A stretch of 28,775 bases of DNA from Candidatus Heimdallarchaeota archaeon (GCA_016839945.1 JAEOTE010000067.1:1-28775), one strand, 5' to 3'; shown: positions 1-9,134, numbered from the stretch's first letter. The notes: generated by a model from the sequence alone, not told the origin. A program made the numbers and translations.

Positions 1-11
1 AAATTGACAGA

Positions 12-335
12 GTGAATAATATGGCTCAAAGTAGAAATCTACTTACAAAGAAGATAGAAGAAAAATCATCAATTCAAGGAATTGTTGTAAGTAGTCGTAG
101 AGTGTATGTATACACTGATGAACCCGAACATGAAATAAAACTTGAAAATTTGCTACTCAACTTACTTGCAGAACATGGCCCTTTAACTAGAAGTGAGTTA
201 GTATCTCTAACCCATATTCCTAGATCAACTCTTTACGATAATCTTGCAAAATTAATCTCTATGGGATTAATCCAGAAAGAAGCAGTACCAAGAGATAACA
301 GAGGAAGGCCAAAGATTTTATTCAAACTAATATGA
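12..335 (+). CDS. Winged helix-turn-helix transcriptional regulator (TrmB/ArsR-like)
   Basis: C-terminal half GPLTRSELVSLTHIPRSTLYDNLAKLISMGLI...RGRPKILF is a typical wHTH with an RGRP wing. Start is GTG 12 or ATG 21. Confidence 0.8.
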   Translation: MNNMAQSRNLLTKKIEEKSSIQGIVVSSRRVYVYTDEPEHEIKLENLLLNLLAEHGPLTRSELVSLTHIPRSTLYDNLAKLISMGLIQKEAVPRDNRGRPKILFKLI

Positions 336-447
336 TATTATCTAGCTTTGCTTCAGTTTAATTTAATGATTGCTCGTTTATTTCAAACGTCAGCTATCGA
401 CAAAGTTAAACAACCATTGCTAAAATATATTTTCAGTTAGTCAAGAG

Positions 448-1680
448 ATGAGAAAAATGGATGAGAAATCATCATCAACAATAGACGAAATATTTGATCG
501 ATATCTAGACGCTGAAACTTCAATATTTAAGAATAGAGAAGTCTTAAGCCCTCATTATGTGCCTGATATTCTTCCTCATAGAGATGACAAATTTGAGGAA
601 TTAGCAAAGATATTAGCTCCAGCTTTAAGAGGAGGGGCACCATCAAATATCTTTATTTACGGAACAACAGGAACAGGAAAAACTGCAGTTACAAAACAAG
701 TTCTATCAAAATTAAAAGAAAGAGCTGAATCAAAGAAATTAGCTTTCAAATATAGTTATATGAACTGTCAACATGTTGATACAAAATATAGAGTTCTAAC
801 ACAACTTTGTGATGATATTGGTATAGATGTTCCTTTTACTGGACTTCATTTTGATGTAATCTATCAGAAATTTAGAGATGCGCTTGATGATCTTGATACT
901 CTTCATGTAACCGTTCTAGATGAAGTTGATATGCTGTATCGAAAGAGCACAGAATCACTATATGTGCTTACTCGTATGAATAGTGATCTAAAGAAATCAA
1001 AACTTAGTATTATAGGTATAACAAACGATGTTAACTTCAAAGAAACCTTGGATCCACGTATTCGCAGTAGTTTGAGTGAAGAAGAGATTGTTTTCTCTCC
1101 ATATACAGCTGAACAGCTTAATGATATTCTCACCCAAAGAGCTAATGTTGCGTTTCAAAAAGGAATAGTTGAATTTGGTGTAATTAATTTGTGTGCTGCA
1201 GTTGGAGCACAACAACATGGGGATGCAAGAAGATCACTTGACTTACTTCGTGTTTCTTCTGAATTAGCAGAAAGAAATAATGATGAAAAAGTTACTGAAA
1301 TACATGTTCGAAAAGCACAACAAGTTATTGAGAGAAACACAGTGATAGAAGTGCTATCATCACTCCCTATACAAACAAAAGCTGTTTTACAATCTATATT
1401 CATAGGTGAAGGTAGATCGGAGGAGATAACTACCGGAGATGTATGTGAAATTTATTCAAAAATATGCAAGCTTGTAAAATTAGACAAATTAACTGATAGA
1501 AGAGTTGGTGATTTAATTAACGAACTTGACATGCTTGGTATAGTAACAGCTCAGGTAATCAGTAAAGGAAGATATGGGCGATCAAAAAGAATCCATCTAA
1601 CCGTACCTCATAAACAAGTAAGAGAAGTATTAGAAAGTGATTTTAGATTATCCAAAATTTTCGACATGGATGAGATATAA
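448..1680 (+). CDS. cdc6: Orc1/Cdc6 replication initiator
   Basis: IFKNREVLSPHYVPDILPHRD N-terminus, Walker A GTTGTGKT, Walker B VLDEVD, sensor II GDARR, C-terminal winged helix ELDMLGIV...GRYGRS. Confidence 0.97.
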   Translation: MRKMDEKSSSTIDEIFDRYLDAETSIFKNREVLSPHYVPDILPHRDDKFEELAKILAPALRGGAPSNIFIYGTTGTGKTAVTKQVLSKLKERAESKKLAFKYSYMNCQHVDTKYRVLTQLCDDIGIDVPFTGLHFDVIYQKFRDALDDLDTLHVTVLDEVDMLYRKSTESLYVLTRMNSDLKKSKLSIIGITNDVNFKETLDPRIRSSLSEEEIVFSPYTAEQLNDILTQRANVAFQKGIVEFGVINLCAAVGAQQHGDARRSLDLLRVSSELAERNNDEKVTEIHVRKAQQVIERNTVIEVLSSLPIQTKAVLQSIFIGEGRSEEITTGDVCEIYSKICKLVKLDKLTDRRVGDLINELDMLGIVTAQVISKGRYGRSKRIHLTVPHKQVREVLESDFRLSKIFDMDEI

Positions 1681-1742
1681 GTAGAATATTTTCAGGAGGG
1701 GAAAGATTTTTCTTTTCTTTTGAATAATTTAAATGAATATTA

Positions 1743-3056
1743 ATGAACGAGTTATATATAGAGTGTAAATATATAATTTCTGGCTCTAAATGTGAAAAAC
1801 TAGTTAAGAATGGAGCTATTTTGATAGAAGATAACAAAATTCTAGAAGTTGATAAAGCTTCAAACGTTAAGAAACTTCTTGCTGGACATGATAAATTAAA
1901 CCGTACTAACCACACCGCTATTCCTTCACTAATTAATGCACATACTCATCTTCCTGAAACATTACTTAGAGGAATATGTGATAGTGAAAAGCTTGTAAAT
2001 TGGTTATATGATTATATTTGGCCTTTTGAAATGAAAATGACAAAAGAAGATGCATATTACGGCGCTTTATTAGGATGTCTAGAACTAATTGAATCAGGAA
2101 TAGCCGGAATAATTGATCAATATTTTTATACTGAATCCATTGAGCAAGCTATTAAAGAATCAGGAATTAGAGCGCTTTTGTGCCCATCCATATTTGATAA
2201 TACGCCTGAATCAGGTAGTCTTGATAATACTTGGAAACACGTATCAAATTTAGTAAACAAAAAAGGTTCTTCCGAAGATAATAATGTTAAATATGGTATT
2301 GGTCCTCATGCTCCATACACCGTACCCAAGGAGTATTTATACAAGATATTAGAGCTATCCTCGAAATTTTCGCTACCAATACATATACATCTAAGCGAAA
2401 CTAAACAAGAAGTTGAAGAGAACAAAGAAAAATTTGGAATGTCTCCTATTGAGTATATTCATGATTTAGGTTTAACTAAAGAAAGAATCCTTGGGGCGCA
2501 TTGTGTTCACACAAATAAAAAAGATTGTGAAATAATGAAAAAAACAGATTTCACAGTTTTGCATAATCCTCAATCTAATCTTAAAATGACTAGTGGAATT
2601 GCACCTGTCTACAAGTATATTGAACATGGAATCAAAGTGGCAGTAGGTACAGATGGGAATGCTTCGAATAATGATTTAGGCATGATTGAGGAGCTTTCAA
2701 CAACAGCCATGCTGCAGAAATATCTTTCTAATGATGCAAAAGTTATGCAAAATGCGTCCGTTCTATATTTAGGGACAATAAGTGGATTGAAGACAATTGG
2801 TATAGAATCTACTGGAATTTCAAAAGGATCTGTAGCAGATATAACTCTTTTAGGTCTAGATAGAAGCCACTCATGGCCTCAAAATGATCCGCTTTCAAAT
2901 GTAATATATTCATCTTCAAGCTCTGATGTTACTGATTTAATCGTAAATGGTAAAATAGTGTATTTAAATAAAGAACATCAAACTTTAGATAAAGAAAAGA
3001 TAATTAAAAAATGTTCATCAATTTCATCTAAGATACTTACAGAAATGAAAAAATAA
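1743..3056 (+). CDS. Metal-dependent amidohydrolase, MTA/SAH deaminase-like
   Basis: NAHTH, GPHAPYT, HIHLSET, GAHCVH, HNPQSNLK and GTDGNASNN motifs of the MtaD/TRZ-ATZ family. Substrate inferred. Confidence 0.85.
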   Translation: MNELYIECKYIISGSKCEKLVKNGAILIEDNKILEVDKASNVKKLLAGHDKLNRTNHTAIPSLINAHTHLPETLLRGICDSEKLVNWLYDYIWPFEMKMTKEDAYYGALLGCLELIESGIAGIIDQYFYTESIEQAIKESGIRALLCPSIFDNTPESGSLDNTWKHVSNLVNKKGSSEDNNVKYGIGPHAPYTVPKEYLYKILELSSKFSLPIHIHLSETKQEVEENKEKFGMSPIEYIHDLGLTKERILGAHCVHTNKKDCEIMKKTDFTVLHNPQSNLKMTSGIAPVYKYIEHGIKVAVGTDGNASNNDLGMIEELSTTAMLQKYLSNDAKVMQNASVLYLGTISGLKTIGIESTGISKGSVADITLLGLDRSHSWPQNDPLSNVIYSSSSSDVTDLIVNGKIVYLNKEHQTLDKEKIIKKCSSISSKILTEMKK

Positions 3057-3081
3057 AAAAGTCAGTTATTAAATTATAACA

Positions 3082-3142
3082 TGGCAATGAAGAATCTAGC
3101 CCTTCACTGAAATAGATGTTGAGGATCTTGAGTTCTGAGCCA
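3082..3142 (+). ncRNA. Box C/D methylation-guide sRNA; D guide complementary to the tRNA-Leu(CAA) anticodon arm
   Basis: Terminal stem TGGC/GCCA; C box ATGAAGA 3087-3093; 13-nt guide; D' CTGA 3107-3110; C' ATGTTGA 3116-3122; 12-nt guide GGATCTTGAGTT; D CTGA 3135-3138; T-tract follows. Confidence 0.85.
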
Positions 3143-3150
3143 CTTTTATC

Positions 3151-5136
3151 TTATCTCTTTCTTTTGTATCCTAGAAACTCAAATTGCCAAAACGCATATC
3201 CTTCCGATGCTGAACGAAGTTCAGACGCTATCTGTAAAGAAGATTCAACACTAATTTGCCCCATAATTGTTGTTTTTGATGTGTAGTGTTCAGTTTTTTC
3301 AATATCACAATTAAATTTCTGAGTAACAGTTAAAACAGCACCTAAGTGGTGAAGAGGTGTATATATTGAAAAAGAGTATATTGGTTCATAAACATTCAAA
3401 TTAGCATTAATAATTGCTTCATGAATTGTATTTTTAACTAGTGGGACAACTATCTCATATCGTAAAGATTCACTAACAATTTCTTTAATCTCGTTAATAA
3501 TTACAGTTAATTTTCTAATTGAGTATCCTTTTAGTGGTCCTTTCATTATCGCATTTCTAAAACTAGTTCTTAATAAATCAAATAATTCTTCGTTTCCCTT
3601 TTCTAAATCAACTAACAAACGATTTTCTTTATAGTCAGAATATATGCATCTAATTTCATTTTCTTCAGTTGGTTTGCATGTTATAGTTATCTGAATCAGA
3701 TTCAAATCATCCGTTTTTGTAAGTGTAAATTCTTCTTCAATTTGTTCTGCTAGGTTAACTTCTGGATTTGAAACTTCAACTTTTATACCTGCTTTCTCAA
3801 TTTCTCCAGTAATAATTTCAAGTTGTAGTTCACCTATACCATAAATCTTCATTTCTCCAGTATTTTCATCTGTTGTATGGTTAAAATTAGGCTTAATTAA
3901 GGAAAGAACGTCTAACAACTTCTGTAATTTAGGAATATCTGAAACTCTAGAAGGCTCAATGCGTTGTGAAATTACAGATTCTTGAAGATATGGAATATTT
4001 TCAAACATAACATTTGGAAAGTCTTCCGTTTTTTCTACAAAAGTATCTCCAATTTGAACGTTCTTTATACCAATAAGTACACCAATATTCCCAGCACTCA
4101 CAGATTCCATTGTTACAAGCGATTGTCCCTTGTAAATACAAACCTGTTGAATTCTTGTAGTTTCCCCCGTTCTTCTATTATAGACAACTGATCCTGACTT
4201 TATTGTACCTGAAAAAACTCTTGAAATTGAGATAATTCCTCTATTATCTTCATACATTAATTTACCAACACACAAAATAGTAGGTCCTTTATCCTCGCAT
4301 TTTATGATAGCTTCTTCTGAACTCTTATCAGCATATTGTGTTATCTGCTCAAAACGTTGTTTTTGTCCTTCATATGGATCTGGTACATTTTCTATAATCG
4401 CGTTTATTATTGCTTCAATAATAGGGAAGTCAGACTTTAGTTGTTCAATGTTGCCTTCTTCATGAAGCTCAATGATTCTATTAAATTGAGGTAAAGTCTT
4501 CGAATATTTTGATATTGCCCATCCATAGAGAGCTGCCCCCATAATAACGGTTCCTTCATCAAATTTAACCTTCCATTCTTTCCTGAAACTTACAGGCGCG
4601 TATTGGTCTATTAATTCGTTTACCATTTGTATAATGTTGTTTATTCTGGTTTCGATTTCTTCTTTAGGTAACTTTAATTCATTGATTAATCTATCAACTT
4701 TATTTATGAAGAGAATTGGTTTTAGACACTCACTCATTGACTGCCTGATTACAGATTCTGTTTGAGCCATAACTTGTTCTACTGCATCAACTACAATAAT
4801 AGCTCCATCGACCAGACGTAAAGCTTGAGAAACCATGCCTGAGAAATCAACATGTCCTGGTGTATCAACTAGATTAATTAAATAAGGCGAATCATTATAA
4901 TTGAAGATGAAAGAGATATTTGCTGTCTTGATAGTGATTCCTCTTCTTTGCTCTTCTTCAAGATAATCTAAAGCACGTGCACTTCCTGCCATAGTCTTTG
5001 ATATTAATCCTCCCGATTGGAGTAAATGGTCAGATAAGGTAGTTTTTCCATGGTCTACGTGACTTACTATGCTTACATTACGTATGTTTTCTTTTTTCTT
5101 CATAGATTTTGAGATTTGATCAATGTATTCACTCAT
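3151..5136 (-). CDS. Elongation factor 2 paralog (aEF-2p-like translational GTPase) lacking the diphthamide histidine
   Basis: G motifs SHVDHGKTT, RGITI, DTPGH, NKVD; EF-2 domains III-V recognisable (GIGELQLEI, YEPIY, LRSASEG). 661 aa with a shortened domain IV and no HRG motif. Confidence 0.88.
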   Translation of the reverse strand: MSEYIDQISKSMKKKENIRNVSIVSHVDHGKTTLSDHLLQSGGLISKTMAGSARALDYLEEEQRRGITIKTANISFIFNYNDSPYLINLVDTPGHVDFSGMVSQALRLVDGAIIVVDAVEQVMAQTESVIRQSMSECLKPILFINKVDRLINELKLPKEEIETRINNIIQMVNELIDQYAPVSFRKEWKVKFDEGTVIMGAALYGWAISKYSKTLPQFNRIIELHEEGNIEQLKSDFPIIEAIINAIIENVPDPYEGQKQRFEQITQYADKSSEEAIIKCEDKGPTILCVGKLMYEDNRGIISISRVFSGTIKSGSVVYNRRTGETTRIQQVCIYKGQSLVTMESVSAGNIGVLIGIKNVQIGDTFVEKTEDFPNVMFENIPYLQESVISQRIEPSRVSDIPKLQKLLDVLSLIKPNFNHTTDENTGEMKIYGIGELQLEIITGEIEKAGIKVEVSNPEVNLAEQIEEEFTLTKTDDLNLIQITITCKPTEENEIRCIYSDYKENRLLVDLEKGNEELFDLLRTSFRNAIMKGPLKGYSIRKLTVIINEIKEIVSESLRYEIVVPLVKNTIHEAIINANLNVYEPIYSFSIYTPLHHLGAVLTVTQKFNCDIEKTEHYTSKTTIMGQISVESSLQIASELRSASEGYAFWQFEFLGYKRKR

Positions 5137-5269
5137 AGATGTATTTGTATTATCAATAGAAGTTTAAAGCTTTATCATGTTTTTTAATAGTTAACGTTTT
5201 AAATTGAAAAACATAATATATTACAAACAAATACGTATTAGAATTATTATTAATTCTGAGGTACTGCAA

Positions 5270-5671
5270 ATGTATGAAACTAAGGTTCCAGGAACAAGGT
5301 ATACTGTTTCGTTAATTAATGTTAAAGGACAATGGATGATACAGATAAAGCTTGATGATATTGTTGAGTCAGATGTTCTTGTAAAGGATATTAGTGAAAG
5401 AGGTATTCGTGAGAATATTAAATCTGTTGTCTCGGAAGTTAATTTATATGTAAATGATTTCATGCTTGATCAAATAACAAAAGAAATCACAGAGCAAGCA
5501 CAAATATTGTTTAGAGAAGTTGAAGCTACTGTTGTAAGAGAAACTCATAAAACTCAAACAGAAATGTCAGCAGTTGAGGAAACAATAATTCAAATTGTAA
5601 AAAGAATAGAAGTTTTAGAAGAAAGAATACGACGATTGGAAAATGCTCTTGCTCAACAAGAAGCAACTTAA
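5270..5671 (+). CDS. Hypothetical protein with C-terminal coiled coil
   Basis: ATG 5270 is preceded by a GAGGT SD, preferred over the TTG at 5204. Heptad pattern IVKRIEVLEERIRRLENAL. Confidence 0.75.
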   Translation: MYETKVPGTRYTVSLINVKGQWMIQIKLDDIVESDVLVKDISERGIRENIKSVVSEVNLYVNDFMLDQITKEITEQAQILFREVEATVVRETHKTQTEMSAVEETIIQIVKRIEVLEERIRRLENALAQQEAT

Positions 5672-5744
5672 ACCTCTCCCTTTTTTGTCTAATAACGTTT
5701 TAGTTTTTTATTACTAAAAACGAAATCTTCTTAAAACCCACAAA

Positions 5745-5762
5745 ACCTTTTGTACAAAAGGT
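5745..5762. promoter_or_regulatory. Perfect 18-bp palindrome overlapping the SD of rps10
   Basis: ACCTTTTGTACAAAAGGT lies downstream of BRE/TATA-like CGAAATCTTCTTAAAA and overlaps AGGTGA. Function inferred. Confidence 0.45.
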
Positions 5763-5768
5763 GACGTA

Positions 5769-6083
5769 ATGGCTCAACGAGCACGAATTAAGTTAATAGG
5801 CAATGATCCTCATTCATTACAAAAAATCTGTGGTCAGATTCAGAAGATAGCAGAACGAACAGGAGTACGTATAAAAGGACCTATTCCACTTCCTTCAAAA
5901 AGAATTGTTCTTCCTGTAAGAAAATCTCCTTGTGGAAATGGAACTGCAACTTATGACCATCTAGAAATGAAATTACACAAAAGAATCATTGATATTGATG
6001 CAGAAGAAAAAAGTATGAGGCTTCTAATGAGAATTCATGTTCCTGAAGATGTACATATCGAGATAGCCATCGAAAGAAAATAA
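5769..6083 (+). CDS. rps10: 30S ribosomal protein uS10
   Basis: ARIKL...IKGPIPLPSKRIVLPVRKSPCGNGTAT...HKRIIDI, archaeal uS10; GGTGA SD. Confidence 0.97.
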   Translation: MAQRARIKLIGNDPHSLQKICGQIQKIAERTGVRIKGPIPLPSKRIVLPVRKSPCGNGTATYDHLEMKLHKRIIDIDAEEKSMRLLMRIHVPEDVHIEIAIERK

Positions 6084-6118
6084 TTCTTTTATTTCCTCTT
6101 ATCACAATTATCAAGATT

Positions 6119-7042
6119 TTAGAATTTAATCCTATAATCAGGATAAAAGTTCTTTAAGTAAAGAATAAAGTCTTCTGGTTCTTCAAAATTGTTTTTTATA
6201 AAATCAGAATTTTCACAGAAATCGATCATTGTATTGAAGTAATTCTTAATTTCATTATCTGAAATTAAAACATTATATGGGGGTTTTAGTTCTCCTGAAA
6301 AAATCTTCGAATATAAGAGTTCCTTAAGGGTAATTAATGAAGATTTTGAGACATCTTTCCAAAAATTGAATGTAATTTTTCTAAATGATTCATATAAATT
6401 ATCAACGAGTTCCATCTGTTGTGTGATAATTTGAGAAAAACTGTCTATTCTATCTGGGTGATAATCCCTAATTTCAACAAACTTATGCCAAAAATGATTT
6501 TCAGGAAGTATATCAAAGGATTCCACTATTAAGTCTGTTTCTTTCAATTGCCCCAATATTCTTACAATTTTACCTACACTTCCATCAGTCTTCTTCTTGA
6601 GTCTTTCTTTATCTTGTGATAAAACAATACATCTTTCTGTATGATAAGGGAAAATAAATTGTTCAATTTCTAAAATAGTATCATAGTTTTTATTATCTAT
6701 TAGCTTCACAATTCCAGTTAGCGTCCTTTTTTGTTTTTCATTCACATTGTAGTATCTCTTTAGTTTTAGTTTTATGTTAGCTTTTCCAAATTTACCATCT
6801 GTTATTACAATCTCTTCTTTTTTGTTTCTTATGCAAAACCCATTTTCAATGATTAAATCTAGTCCAACAATAATATTCTTCGAAAAACCAAGATCCTTTA
6901 AACTATAATTATACACCTGATTCTTAATTTTTAGATTACCGTAAATCCCCCATTTGCTAAATCTAACTGTAAGTATTTCACCCTCTATATACTCAATTGC
7001 TTTACCAGGTTCTAGAATTAAATCCTCTTGTTTAGCGCTCAT
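6119..7042 (-). CDS. Hypothetical protein, possible tandem OB-fold (RPA-like) nucleic-acid-binding protein
   Basis: IIENGFCIRNKKEEIVITDGKFGK resembles the last strands of the archaeal RPA/SSB OB fold. VGKIVRILGQLKETDLIVESFDIL resembles the RPA32 OB fold. Judged by eye only. Confidence 0.55.
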   Translation of the reverse strand: MSAKQEDLILEPGKAIEYIEGEILTVRFSKWGIYGNLKIKNQVYNYSLKDLGFSKNIIVGLDLIIENGFCIRNKKEEIVITDGKFGKANIKLKLKRYYNVNEKQKRTLTGIVKLIDNKNYDTILEIEQFIFPYHTERCIVLSQDKERLKKKTDGSVGKIVRILGQLKETDLIVESFDILPENHFWHKFVEIRDYHPDRIDSFSQIITQQMELVDNLYESFRKITFNFWKDVSKSSLITLKELLYSKIFSGELKPPYNVLISDNEIKNYFNTMIDFCENSDFIKNNFEEPEDFILYLKNFYPDYRIKF

Positions 7043-7093
7043 TCAATTATTTATTATAAAGAATAATATAAAAACTTGCTATGAATTGAGAAT

Positions 7094-8659
7094 TTACAAG
7101 TTTAATGATTTGATTTCCTTAACATTCTGTTTTAGAAAGTCATATATTGACTGAACCTTTTGCTCAAGGATATTTTCAGGATCAATTTGATAGATTTCAA
7201 TTTTCTGATAATCCATTTTTTTTATAAATTTCAAAGATTCATCTTGAGCTAAAAGAAGAGTTTCCTCAGATAAATCAAGGGAGTAAACAAATTGGCTAAA
7301 AGGGTAAGTTTCTGACAATTCAATAGGAACTAAACCTAGAAACGGCAAGAAATAAACCACGTCCATATTTTCTATTTTCTCCCCAACTAACTCTCTGATT
7401 TTAACATTAGATCTAAAAATTTCTAAAGGATTTTTCTTACCAGATGCAATTAAAATTAACAATTTAGAGCTTTTGGGGGAATAATTCAGCAATATCCTTT
7501 TCCTAGCTTTAGACAAGTCTGAACGATAAACGGAGCTTTCATTGAAAATCTTTAAACCAATTTGTTTTGTAAACGGTGTTCCTAGTTCCCAGAATTCACT
7601 GGGAGTTTCCTTTAAAAGATGTTTAAAAGCCCTATATAATTTTGGATGAGCTTTTGATCTTAATTCAAGCAATTCCCACAATCTTCCTTCTTTTAAAGAT
7701 ACACGAACTTGTTTGATTTCAGCTGAAGAAACATGTAAGTTGTGTTCAGCAAGTCTTTTTATTCTTGTTCCTTCTTCTTCCTCTAGTAACTCTTTAGGTG
7801 TCCATCTAGAGCAGACATCACAAGGACATGGAAATTCTGTTAAATCATCAAGATGGTAAGTACCTGTTGGTCTCATGTATCTCTTTTCTTTTGCATACAA
7901 AATATATGCTGCACTATCAAAAACATCACAACCTAAAGCAACAATGTATGGGAAAATCATGGGATGACCAGCACCAAATAAATGAAATGGGATGTTATGG
8001 GGAAGAAGTTGCCTAGCTGCTTTTATCATCGAAAATAAGGTTATGTAGTCATATTGCGTCATTATAGGTACAACACTCCCAAGGGCTTGAAAACCGAAAT
8101 ATTTTGTGTAATCCTTTCTTTTGACTTCTTCGATATACTTTCTAATCAGTTGAGTGTTTTTACCTCCTTGAATAGGTAAAGTCCAAATAATGTCTTGATT
8201 ACTCTTAATAAAGTCTAATGAAATTTTTATTCGATCAATAGTTCCTTCCATCTTTTCTTTAGCTTCTTGAAATGTATCAGTAGGGGGAGTTGGTATATCT
8301 AGAATAACTCCAACATCAGTTTTCAAGCTTGCTTGTATTTTGAGAGATTGTATGGGGTCGATTTCTACATCTCCATAAGCTAATATTTGATATGCTCCGC
8401 TATCCATCATTACATTTCCTTCAAATTGTAGGAAATCATGTATACTTTTCTTCCCATCAGGCATTCCAAAACGTTTCAGGAAAAGATATGCACTCGTAAT
8501 CACGAAGTTGAAACCAAATTTTTCCATCATGTCTTTTGCTGATACTATATTGTCCCTTGGGTCAAGAACAGGTACAAATGTAGGTGTAGTTACATTTCCT
8601 TTAGGCATTTTATAGATACCCAGTTTTCCATGCAAATCTTGTGTTAGTATTTCATACAT
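7094..8659 (-). CDS. tgtA: Archaeosine tRNA-guanine(15) transglycosylase
   Basis: MDSGAYQ, LDIPT, ALGSVVP, HLFGAGHP, DVFDSAAY, Zn site CPCDVC...H, GRLWELLELRSKAHPKL. No C-terminal PUA domain. Confidence 0.95.
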   Translation of the reverse strand: MYEILTQDLHGKLGIYKMPKGNVTTPTFVPVLDPRDNIVSAKDMMEKFGFNFVITSAYLFLKRFGMPDGKKSIHDFLQFEGNVMMDSGAYQILAYGDVEIDPIQSLKIQASLKTDVGVILDIPTPPTDTFQEAKEKMEGTIDRIKISLDFIKSNQDIIWTLPIQGGKNTQLIRKYIEEVKRKDYTKYFGFQALGSVVPIMTQYDYITLFSMIKAARQLLPHNIPFHLFGAGHPMIFPYIVALGCDVFDSAAYILYAKEKRYMRPTGTYHLDDLTEFPCPCDVCSRWTPKELLEEEEGTRIKRLAEHNLHVSSAEIKQVRVSLKEGRLWELLELRSKAHPKLYRAFKHLLKETPSEFWELGTPFTKQIGLKIFNESSVYRSDLSKARKRILLNYSPKSSKLLILIASGKKNPLEIFRSNVKIRELVGEKIENMDVVYFLPFLGLVPIELSETYPFSQFVYSLDLSEETLLLAQDESLKFIKKMDYQKIEIYQIDPENILEQKVQSIYDFLKQNVKEIKSLNL

Positions 8660-8714
8660 GTTTTACACCTACAATCCACTAAAAAAATAGAAAAAGGTGT
8701 CTTTAACTTTATTG

Positions 8715-9134
8715 TTAATCTTGAGTAGCTTTGTATTTATCAAAAATCTTTTGGATTCTCTCAGAGATGGGGCCGGTTCCTTTTACTCCCTCTTCACTCA
8801 CTGTAAATCTATCAAAAACCTGTATTATAGCAGCTTCTTCAATAATTTTAACATTTTGAGGTTGAAACATTTGAGAAAGTTCGCTTGCTAATCCAACAAG
8901 ATCAAAGGGTTCTTCAGCTAATGTTATTTCCACAATATTTGAACCAGTAATGAAAACCCTGAAATAGGTTTCATCTCCACAACTAGCCTCAGCTAAAACT
9001 ACATTTAGTGAATTATCCTGTATCCCTCGAAGGACACCTGTGTATATTTTCTTATTATTCATTGTAATTTTGACTCTTTTATTTACAAGTCCACTTAGTT
9101 CTAATAGAAACTCACGGTTTGGGTTTGCTGGCAT
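8715..9134 (-). CDS. Sm-like protein with C-terminal extension (SmAP3 type)
   Basis: Sm1 motif YTGVLRGIQDNSLNVVLAEA, Sm2 VFITGSNI, then Lsm_C-like EPFDL...GVKGTGPISERI. Adjacent to tgtA. Confidence 0.88.
   Translation of the reverse strand: MPANPNREFLLELSGLVNKRVKITMNNKKIYTGVLRGIQDNSLNVVLAEASCGDETYFRVFITGSNIVEITLAEEPFDLVGLASELSQMFQPQNVKIIEEAAIIQVFDRFTVSEEGVKGTGPISERIQKIFDKYKATQD

Noticed and set aside
336-447. Possible C/D sRNA on the minus strand (several CTGA)
   Set aside because: No acceptable C or C' boxes at the right spacing and no terminal stem.
1690-1704. TTTCAGGAGGGGAAA after cdc6 as an ORB element
   Set aside because: Single copy, poor match to the TCCAGTGGAAA...GGGG consensus, and only a 62-nt gap.
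5204-5269. TTG-initiated N-terminal extension of the 5204 ORF
   Set aside because: AT-rich promoter-like DNA; the SD supports ATG 5270.
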